64,000 nucleotides of DNA, from positions 3,256-67,255 of the forward strand of contig PCXQ01000001.1 in assembly GCA_002794035.1 (NCBI GenBank), given 5' to 3'. Origin of the DNA: Candidatus Yanofskybacteria bacterium CG10_big_fil_rev_8_21_14_0_10_36_16 (GTDB lineage: Bacteria > Patescibacteriota > Minisyncoccia > 2-02-FULL-40-12 > IGHO2-01-FULL-4-A). The notes under the pieces are model-generated. The model was not told the origin of the DNA. It made no database searches and saw nothing but the letters and a program-made list of their open reading frames with translations. Within the stretch, counting starts at the first letter, position 1, and each line of letters opens with the position of its first letter. A program made the position numbers and the translations under genes. Positions 18,809 to 26,438 of the stretch are shown piece by piece.

Positions 18809-20239
18809 TTGAAAATATTTAACACTCTTACAAAGAAAAAGGAATCATTTAATTTACCCGATAAAAAAGTTCGGATGTTTGTTTGTGGTCCTACAGTTTA
18901 TGACTACCCTCATATAGGACACGCCCGTACTTATATAATGTTTGACGTTGTTGCTAAGTATCTTCGCCACGAAGGGTACGATGTTTTTTATTTACAAAAT
19001 ATCACAGATATTGATGATAAAATAATTGCCAGAGCTAAGGAGCAAGGCAGAGAGATAAAAGAACTTACAGAAGAATTTGAAAAAATATATATGGAGGATA
19101 TGGTAGCCCTTGGTATTAATTCAGTTGATAAATACGCCAGAGCCACAGAGCACATATCAGAGATTGTTGCGCAAGTTAAAAAGTTAATAGACAAAGGTCA
19201 TGCGTATAAAATAGATCCTTCGGCAGAGCTCAGGACAAGCGGCCTCGCTTCTTCAGACGGGGCAGGCGGTTATTATTTTGATTTATCTACTTTTGAAGAT
19301 TATGGTAAATTATCAGGCAGAACGGCGGCACAAGCCGAGGATTCAGTGTCTAGAATAGATGAAAGCGTGGGTAAACGAAACAAGGGTGACTTCGTGTTAT
19401 GGAAACTGTCTAAGGAGGGCGAATCTGGTTGGGAATCAGAATTGGGTTACGGTAGACCCGGTTGGCATATTGAAGATACTGCAATAAGCGAGAAGTATCT
19501 AGGAGATCAATATGAAATTCATTGTGGCGCACAGGATTTGATGTTTCCTCATCATGAATCAGAAATAGCCCAACAGGAAGCGGCTTCAGGCAAAAAGCCC
19601 TTTGTTAAGTATTGGTTGCATTCAGGACTGCTAACTGTAGAAGGAAAGAAGATGTCAAAGTCTCTTGGTAATTTTGTGACCATAAGAGATATATTAGAAA
19701 AATATCCTGCCGAAGCAGTTAGGATGATGTTCTTGATGAGTAATTATCGATCCCCTGTTGATTATAGTGAACAAAATTTAAAACAGGCAGAGGCAGCAGT
19801 TCAAAGAATTTCCGAATTTGTAAATAGGCTTAATTTATCTAGCAGCCCAGGTGATAGTGGTTTAGATCGCATCATCTTAAATGATTCAAAAGAGCAGTTT
19901 GAAAAAGAAATGGACGATGATTTTAATACGCCGAAAGCTGTAGCTGTAATTTTTGATTTGATTAAGAAAATTAATCCAATGATTGACGAAGGCAAAATTA
20001 GCAAAGATGATGCAGAAATAACCTTAGGTATATTAAATGAATTTAACGATGTTTTAGGGGTGGTTCCTGCAGAATATTCTAGTGTTCCTGATGAAATTAA
20101 AAAGCTTGCAAAAGAGCGCGAAGAATTAAGAAAAGACAAAAAATTTGAGGAAGCAGACAAAGCTCGGGATGAATTAAAAGAAAAAGGATTTAAAGTAGAA
20201 GATACAGAATGGGGCCCTTTGATTAAAAAGATTAAATAA
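18809..20239 (+). CDS. cysS: Cysteine--tRNA ligase
   Basis: 476 aa. HIGH (PHIGHARTY) and KMSKS motifs. TTG start. Confidence 0.95.
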   Translation: MKIFNTLTKKKESFNLPDKKVRMFVCGPTVYDYPHIGHARTYIMFDVVAKYLRHEGYDVFYLQNITDIDDKIIARAKEQGREIKELTEEFEKIYMEDMVALGINSVDKYARATEHISEIVAQVKKLIDKGHAYKIDPSAELRTSGLASSDGAGGYYFDLSTFEDYGKLSGRTAAQAEDSVSRIDESVGKRNKGDFVLWKLSKEGESGWESELGYGRPGWHIEDTAISEKYLGDQYEIHCGAQDLMFPHHESEIAQQEAASGKKPFVKYWLHSGLLTVEGKKMSKSLGNFVTIRDILEKYPAEAVRMMFLMSNYRSPVDYSEQNLKQAEAAVQRISEFVNRLNLSSSPGDSGLDRIILNDSKEQFEKEMDDDFNTPKAVAVIFDLIKKINPMIDEGKISKDDAEITLGILNEFNDVLGVVPAEYSSVPDEIKKLAKEREELRKDKKFEEADKARDELKEKGFKVEDTEWGPLIKKIK

Positions 20240-20289
20240 AAACCCCGTGCTTTTTATACAAAAAGTTCGGGGTGGGTGGATTCCGTAGT

Positions 20290-20526
20290 TTAAGGTTGTT
20301 TTTGTCTTTTAAGTAGTTTTTTTTCTAATTCCTGCAGATCATCTAAGGCCAATTCTAATTGTGGGAGTTCAAATTTTCTACCGCATTTGTTGCATTTATA
20401 ACCGTCACTGATGCCCGGTCCCATAACAAAGTCAAGCGGATTACTTGGCGGGGGTTGCACAACAAACACTTCCCAGATGTCACCGCCGCATTTACACTTT
20501 CCCCCATATTCTGGTTTCCTTGCCAT
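20290..20526 (-). CDS. Small zinc-ribbon protein
   Basis: Start at the second Met (MARKPEYGG), with AGGAGGAGG 3 nt upstream. CKCG...CNKCG pairs. Confidence 0.55.
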   Translation of the reverse strand: MARKPEYGGKCKCGGDIWEVFVVQPPPSNPLDFVMGPGISDGYKCNKCGRKFELPQLELALDDLQELEKKLLKRQKQP

Positions 20527-20544
20527 AATCCTCCTCCTTTTCAA

Positions 20545-22317
20545 ATGTTAAACATCAAAGTACAACTAATAGCTATAATTATAATAACAGCTTCTGTTGC
20601 TTTGTCAATGGCGTCTGTTTGGAATGATTCGGTGATTGTTGATGAAGTGCCTCACATTGGCGCTGGTTACTCATATCTTAAAAAGCAGGATATGAGAATT
20701 AATCCCGAACATCCCCCCCTAGTTAAAGACTTAGCTGCAATTCCGCTTTTATTTCAAGACATAAACCAAGATGCTTTTAAAGATCCTTCTTGGGCGGAGG
20801 CTTTAAACGGTCAGTGGGTGTTTGGCCGTAATGTTATATTTGGCCAGGGCAATGATTCTCAAAAAATAACTCGTAGTGCAAAAATGCCGATGCTTGTGTT
20901 CTTTGTGCTGTCAGCTATTTTAGTGTTTCAATGGAGTCGTAAGCTTTATGGAGACAAAGCTGGTCTAATGGCTTTGTTTTTATTTTCTTTTTCAACAACT
21001 ATAATGGCTCATTCTCGCTTTGTTACGACAGATGTGGCAGCTATGTTCGGTATCGTTTCAGCTACTTACTTCTATGTTAAATGGCTTGAAGAACACTCTA
21101 ATAAAAATTTATGGATTGCAGGTCTTGTTTTGGGTGTTGCTTTAATTACAAAATTTTCAACTTTTCTACTCCTTCCCTTCTTTTTTATCTTAGCTTTTAT
21201 TTACGGAATTTTATCAACAAATAGGTTTCATACTACCTGCTACTTACTGCTTGTTACCATGGTGATAATTATTATTGCTTTTGTCTTTATCGTTTGGCCT
21301 GTATATTATTTCCACACAATAGGCTATCCAACTGAACGCCAATTGTCTGATACCGTAGAAAACCTAAGCACATATGGTAATCGTAATTTTGCCGATATCG
21401 TGATTTGGATGGCGGATAAACCAGTTTTGCGAGCTTTGGGCCAGTATGGGCTCGGTCTTTTAATGGTTGTCCAGCGTTCTGTTGGAGGCAATACTACGTT
21501 TTTCCTTGGCGAAACATCAAAATATGGCTGGTGGTATTACTTCCCTGTTGTTTATTTCATAAAGGAAACTTTGGCATGGTGGGGACTCGTAATTATGGCT
21601 GTAATTACATTTGTAATAACTAAAACTCTAAGGCCTAGAATCGGACTTAAGGATTTTTTAAAGTCCAACTTCACTCAATTTGCGATGTTTCTTTGGCTCG
21701 TTGTTTATTGGTATACAAGTATGGACAGTACTTTAAATATTGGGGTCAGGCACTTATTACCAGTTTATCCATTTACGATTATTTTGGTGTCAGGACAAAT
21801 AAGCCAAATTGCAGGCAGAATTAAGAGAGAGACACAAACTTTGATTTTTACTTCTAACTTATTGATTATGATTTTGTTTACTTGGTATTTTGTTGAGAAT
21901 ATTCGTGTTTATCCTTATTATCTCACATACTTCAATCAAGCAGTTGGTGGTCCCTTAAATGGATATAAATATGTCGTTGATTCTAATCTTGATTGGGGTC
22001 AGGATTTGAAGCGACTTTCAGATTGGATTGAAAAAAATAATATTAAAAAAATTGAGGTTGATTACTTTGGTTGGGCTGATCAATCATATTATCTTGGTGA
22101 TAAAGTTGTGTGGCTTTCGTCTGAAAAATATGGAGGATATGATGATTTTATCGCTAGAAATAAAACCGACGGCTGGATAGCTGTATCTGCCTCGTTTCTC
22201 CAAGGATCAGAGGGTCCAAAAGAAGAAGGTTTTAAACAGCCAAATTATTTGTGGCTTCATGAGCTTAAGCCAGTAACTGTTATAGGAAATTCAATTTTGA
22301 TATACAATATTAAATAA
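20545..22317 (+). CDS. GT39/ArnT-like lipid-carrier-dependent glycosyltransferase
   Basis: Start moved to MLNIKVQL. N-terminal DEVPHIGAGYSY loop, many TM helices, large C-terminal periplasmic domain. Confidence 0.7.
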   Translation: MLNIKVQLIAIIIITASVALSMASVWNDSVIVDEVPHIGAGYSYLKKQDMRINPEHPPLVKDLAAIPLLFQDINQDAFKDPSWAEALNGQWVFGRNVIFGQGNDSQKITRSAKMPMLVFFVLSAILVFQWSRKLYGDKAGLMALFLFSFSTTIMAHSRFVTTDVAAMFGIVSATYFYVKWLEEHSNKNLWIAGLVLGVALITKFSTFLLLPFFFILAFIYGILSTNRFHTTCYLLLVTMVIIIIAFVFIVWPVYYFHTIGYPTERQLSDTVENLSTYGNRNFADIVIWMADKPVLRALGQYGLGLLMVVQRSVGGNTTFFLGETSKYGWWYYFPVVYFIKETLAWWGLVIMAVITFVITKTLRPRIGLKDFLKSNFTQFAMFLWLVVYWYTSMDSTLNIGVRHLLPVYPFTIILVSGQISQIAGRIKRETQTLIFTSNLLIMILFTWYFVENIRVYPYYLTYFNQAVGGPLNGYKYVVDSNLDWGQDLKRLSDWIEKNNIKKIEVDYFGWADQSYYLGDKVVWLSSEKYGGYDDFIARNKTDGWIAVSASFLQGSEGPKEEGFKQPNYLWLHELKPVTVIGNSILIYNIK

Positions 22318-22404
22318 ATCTATTTAATATTAGGCATATAAAAAACAACACTATGTGTTGTTTTTTGATAAATTCTGTAAAGATATTGTTACAATGGTCT
22401 GAAA

Positions 22405-22962
22405 CTAGGTTTTCATTAATTCATCTTCTTTCTTTTTTTCCATTTCTTCAATTTTTTTATTGTAGCTGTCTACCAATTCTTGCAAATCTTCTTTTGATTT
22501 GAACTTTTCATCTTCACCTATTTCCTTGTTTTTTTCTAACTTTTGTATTTCATTCCAAGCATCTTCCCTGATTCGTCTTATTTTGATTCGTGTTTCTTCA
22601 GTTTTATTTTTTAATACCTTAACAAATTCTTTGCGCCGTTCTTCTGTTAGGGGCGGAATGTTTAGGCGGATTGTTTGGCCGTCTACCGCAGGATTAAGGC
22701 CTAAATCGCTTTTAGATATGGCACCTCTTATGGCTTCAATTGCATTTGCATCCCATGGTTGAATCATTAATGTCCTAGGCTCAGGCGTTGTTATTGAAGC
22801 AAGCTCTTTTATGTGCATTTTTTGGCCATAAAAATCAACTTGTATATCTTCAACTAAAGACGGGGTTGCCCTTCCAGTCCTAACGGTGCCAACTTCTTTA
22901 TGATAGAAATCTACAGCAGATTCTAAGTTTTGTTTTGTTTTGGATAAAACTTCTTTTAACAT
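22405..22962 (-). CDS. frr: Ribosome recycling factor
   Basis: 185 aa with typical Frr pattern (TGRATPSLVEDIQVDFYG, PPLTEERRKE). Confidence 0.95.
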   Translation of the reverse strand: MLKEVLSKTKQNLESAVDFYHKEVGTVRTGRATPSLVEDIQVDFYGQKMHIKELASITTPEPRTLMIQPWDANAIEAIRGAISKSDLGLNPAVDGQTIRLNIPPLTEERRKEFVKVLKNKTEETRIKIRRIREDAWNEIQKLEKNKEIGEDEKFKSKEDLQELVDSYNKKIEEMEKKKEDELMKT

Positions 22963-22971
22963 GTTTGTAAA

Positions 22972-23850
22972 TTATAGTGTTAATACAAAATTTTCCATTG
23001 CTAGTCTCTTATTATAATGTGGGTTTGAAATCGTGTAGTGTAATTTTAACAAATTCTTTGCCATTCTGACAACATCGGCTTTGCTTTTGCCGTCATTGTC
23101 TTGTGTTAACTTTGGTCTTAAATAAAGCATCCAGTATAGTATTGTTTTTTCAAGCTCGCCAGCTTTTGATTTATCGACGATATTGGCTACAAACAAAAAT
23201 CTTTCATGGATGTCAGATGATATTAGATCTGATAATTTTTGAACAGCTTTTTTGATATCCTTAAATGAATTTTCTTTTAAAATATTAAAAACCATGCCCG
23301 TTCGGCCATTTGAGAAATCAGATACAAATTTTATCTGTTCTTCAGATAATCCAGTATTGTTATCGTTTAATATCTTGCTGATTACTTGTGGTGAGTGAGC
23401 CGGGAAATAAAATTTTTGGCATCGTGAGAGAATCGTCGGCAATATGGTGTCTGTTTTGTGGCTTATTAATATCATAATTGCGTATGATGGCGGCTCTTCT
23501 ATTATTTTGAGGATTGAGTTTTGGGCCTCCTCTTGCATTTCATGTGCATTGTCTATAATTACGAATTTTAGTTTACCTCCAAATGGGCTTAATGAAAGGA
23601 ATTTCTTTGCCTCCCTTATTTTATCAATGGAAATAGTTTGTCCGCTGTCGGAATGAGAGCTGTCAATAAAAAGAAGATCGTGGGTTGCTGATCCCCCGCT
23701 TCGGGTTATGTGTTTGTTTGCCAACTCCAAGGCTAGTGTTTTTTTGCCTATCATTTCTTGGCCATGAAACAAAAAACTCCCTGAAGGATATTCGGATTTA
23801 AAATAATTATCCAGTATCTTTTTTTGGTTGTTGAATCCAAATATGGTCAC
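22972..23850 (-). CDS. holB: DNA polymerase III delta-prime subunit-like clamp loader protein
   Basis: 292 aa. FHGQEMIGKKTLA P-loop variant, IIDNAHEM, AQNSILKIIEEPP, SRCQ sensor motif. Confidence 0.7.
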   Translation of the reverse strand: MTIFGFNNQKKILDNYFKSEYPSGSFLFHGQEMIGKKTLALELANKHITRSGGSATHDLLFIDSSHSDSGQTISIDKIREAKKFLSLSPFGGKLKFVIIDNAHEMQEEAQNSILKIIEEPPSYAIMILISHKTDTILPTILSRCQKFYFPAHSPQVISKILNDNNTGLSEEQIKFVSDFSNGRTGMVFNILKENSFKDIKKAVQKLSDLISSDIHERFLFVANIVDKSKAGELEKTILYWMLYLRPKLTQDNDGKSKADVVRMAKNLLKLHYTISNPHYNKRLAMENFVLTL

Positions 23851-24026
23851 TACTTTAATACTTTAGCACTTAAATATTCCGATATAAACCCCACCCTTGG
23901 AAATCCACCATAGATCTAGATTAGCAAGTGAAACTGAATTTTCAAGTACAGGTTGAGTACTTTTCTGTTTTTTAATATTGTGGTATATTCACGAAGGTTA
24001 TTTTAAAATTTTTGTGAAGGCTAACA

Positions 24027-24362
24027 ATGTTCACAATGACTGAAAAAGCTGTGGGGGTAGCTTTAAAAGTAATGGCAGAACATTATGTAAATCAGAAATA
24101 TTTACGGATCGGTGTTGTTGGCGGAGGATGTTCAGGATTTCAGTATAGTATGAAATTTGAAGATAAAAAAATTCCTCTTGATAAGGAATATAAATTTAAA
24201 AGCGGACAAAAGGTATTAAAGGTGTTGATTGATTCAGCAAGCATGGTTTTTTTAGAAAATTGTGAAGTTGATTATGTTGAGACACTTGAAAGTTCAGGTT
24301 TTAAGTTTAATAACATAAACGTTAAATCTACTTGCGGATGCGGAAGCTCATTCAGTATATAA
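24027..24362 (+). CDS. Iron-sulfur cluster insertion protein (IscA/HesB/ErpA family)
   Basis: 111 aa. GGGCSGFQY and C-terminal CGCGSSF motifs. Confidence 0.85.
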   Translation: MFTMTEKAVGVALKVMAEHYVNQKYLRIGVVGGGCSGFQYSMKFEDKKIPLDKEYKFKSGQKVLKVLIDSASMVFLENCEVDYVETLESSGFKFNNINVKSTCGCGSSFSI

Positions 24363-24417
24363 TATGCGCGACGTCCTGACACTGCTGTGGAATGGGCGGA
24401 AGCTCATTCAGTATATA
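24340..24417. repeat. 22-nt perfect direct repeat of the iscA-like 3' end flanking a 34-nt GC-rich insert
   Basis: gcggaagctcattcagtatata at 24340-24361 and 24396-24417. Insert is atatgcgcgacgtcctgacactgctgtggaatgg. Confidence 0.8.
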
Positions 24418-24481
24418 TTTTTTTTTTAATTTAAAACCCCTTGGGTAGTATCCAAGGGGTTTTGTGCTTTTGAGACAATAT

Positions 24482-24739
24482 TTAACTCATTGAAGGTGGT
24501 GTAGGACCTTGAGGAGAAGAATTGTTGTCATTCATTGATCCTTCGTCTGAAGAAGGTGTAGAGTCTTGAGGGGCTCCTCCCCCCATTGATTCCCCGCTTG
24601 ATGGAGGTTGCGTCATTGAAGACATGTCTGAAGATCCTGAGTCAGAATCTGAACTGCCGCCTCCTTTTTTGCTCTTTTTAAGCCAGAAATAAACTACTAT
24701 TAAAACGACCAACAGAACTAAACCAATTACAAGTTGCAT
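24482..24739 (-). CDS. Small membrane-anchored Ser/Gly/Pro-rich protein
   Basis: 85 aa. N-terminal TM helix, then a low-complexity tail. Confidence 0.4.
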   Translation of the reverse strand: MQLVIGLVLLVVLIVVYFWLKKSKKGGGSSDSDSGSSDMSSMTQPPSSGESMGGGAPQDSTPSSDEGSMNDNNSSPQGPTPPSMS

Positions 24740-24932
24740 AATTAAAAACTATAATCACACATAAGACCGGTATTTAAATAAATACACGGTTTATTAGTAA
24801 TTATAAGCCAAAAATCTAGTTATTAATTTAAAATTATAATTTAATATATGGCACTAAACCAAATATTAAATCCTTTTTAAGTATATCACTTTTTGTGGAT
24901 AATTTATCCACTTTTAACCTCATTTTTTATGG

Positions 24933-26060
24933 CTAAGCCATCGCAAGCAGTTTTTGGGCTATTATTTTTGCAGCTTCAGGCTTGGCGAAAGCTTTAATTC
25001 TAGATGCTAACTCTTCTTTCTTGCTTAAAACATTATCCACTGCGTTTATTAGCAGGTTTGTTGTTAGATTGTGTTCTTCTATTATAGTAGCTCCAAATTT
25101 AGATATTTCCATGGCATTTTTTAACTGGTGATTTGAGGGAGAATTCTTTATTGGTACAATTATTGCCGGTTTGCCTAAAAGAGCAATTTCAAAAAGGCTT
25201 CCTGCTCCTGCTCTGGAAACAACAATGTCTGATGCAGCATAAGCTAGTTTCATTTGGTCTGCATTAAAATACGGATAAAGGCGGTAATTACTTCTTACGC
25301 TTGGTGCATAAGTGTTTTCGCCTTCTTTAAGCATAAAATCAACCTGTTCCTGTACTTCTTTTGCCTTGTCTTGACCGCACTGGTGAATTATTTGATACTT
25401 GTAACTCATTTTTACTAGGGACAGCAATACTATCTTGTTTATTGCGCTTGCTCCCTGACTGCCACCCATAAAAAGTATTATGGGTTTTGAATTGTTTAAA
25501 CCAAATGATTTCATTGATCTTTCTTTATCCCCTTCTAGAAGATCTTTTCTAACAGGATTTCCAACAAGCTCTGTTCTTTTAGCCGGGAAATATCCATATG
25601 CTTCTTCAAATGACACAAATATTTTTTTAGCAAATTTAGCCGACCAAGTATTTACTTGTCCCGGTATCGAATCAGATTCGTGGATAACGACAGGAATAAA
25701 AAACAGCCGAGCAGCTAAAAGCGGGGGTACGGCATCATAAGCTCCTTTACTGAACACTATATCAGGCATGTATAGCCACATATAAAAAACAGATTGCAAA
25801 AATCCAAGAGGAAGTTTGATAAGGTCTAGAATGATTTTAATACCACGGTAACTTCTCAATTTACCGCTTAAAACTCTAAGAAAAGGAATTTTGTATTGTC
25901 TTGAAACTTCAGTAAGGTATCCTTTGTTATCGCCCATTAATATTAGTTCAATGTTTTGATTTTGGGACTCGCTTTCTTTTTGGAGTTCCTTAGCTACGGC
26001 AGCCAGAGGAAAAGCGTGTCCTCCGCTTGAGCCGCCAATTAAAAATATTCTTGTACTCAT
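24933..26060 (-). CDS. murG: Lipid II synthase MurG (UDP-GlcNAc transferase)
   Basis: 375 aa. GGSSGGHAFP N-terminal motif and C-terminal GT28 pattern. Confidence 0.9.
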   Translation of the reverse strand: MSTRIFLIGGSSGGHAFPLAAVAKELQKESESQNQNIELILMGDNKGYLTEVSRQYKIPFLRVLSGKLRSYRGIKIILDLIKLPLGFLQSVFYMWLYMPDIVFSKGAYDAVPPLLAARLFFIPVVIHESDSIPGQVNTWSAKFAKKIFVSFEEAYGYFPAKRTELVGNPVRKDLLEGDKERSMKSFGLNNSKPIILFMGGSQGASAINKIVLLSLVKMSYKYQIIHQCGQDKAKEVQEQVDFMLKEGENTYAPSVRSNYRLYPYFNADQMKLAYAASDIVVSRAGAGSLFEIALLGKPAIIVPIKNSPSNHQLKNAMEISKFGATIIEEHNLTTNLLINAVDNVLSKKEELASRIKAFAKPEAAKIIAQKLLAMA

Positions 26061-26150
26061 GTTTTAAATTATACTATAAAAAGTAATTATAATTAAGCGC
26101 ATAATTGAAAATAACCAATAAAAGTGATAGAATACATCTAATATTTTAAG

Positions 26151-26232
26151 GGGCGAGTGATGAAATTGGCAAACATGCACGACTCAAAATCGTGTGCCGC
26201 AAGGCTTGAGGGTTCGAGTCCCTCCTCGCCCA
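26151..26232 (+). tRNA. tRNA-Leu (anticodon CAA)
   Basis: Acceptor gggcgag/ctcgccc, anticodon stem cacga/tcgtg with loop ctCAAaa, 13-nt variable arm, T arm gaggg-ttcgagt-ccctc. No encoded CCA. Confidence 0.9.
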
Positions 26233-26283
26233 CTTTTTATAGCTTATCATAGGGTGCTTAAAATAAATTCAGACAGAAATTAG

Positions 26284-26388
26284 AGAGCATATGTAGCGGG
26301 GTTAGCCATCGGTGATGGTAATTTGTTTAACCCAAATGGTAGAGCGACAAGATTGAGAATAATTTTAGTAATTTTTCGTATTTTTTAA
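26284..26388 (+). pseudogene. Possible remnant of a LAGLIDADG homing endonuclease
   Basis: 34-codon start-less frame RAYVAGLAIGDGNLFNPNGRATRLRI... bounded by stop codons. VAGLAIGDG resembles the LAGLIDADG motif. Confidence 0.3.
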
Positions 26389-26428
26389 CAATAAAACAGC
26401 CCCGCCACGGCGGGGCTGTTTTATTGTT
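26387..26428. terminator. Bidirectional terminator, 19-bp perfect stem
   Basis: aacaataaaacagccccgc-cacg-gcggggctgttttattgtt. Confidence 0.8.
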
Positions 26429-26438
26429 AAAAAAGTTT

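Noticed and set aside
23851-24026. Half-CIRCE-like tttagcact in the holB/iscA-like intergenic region.
   Set aside because: Only one arm is present and there is no inverted partner at N9, so it is probably a chance match.
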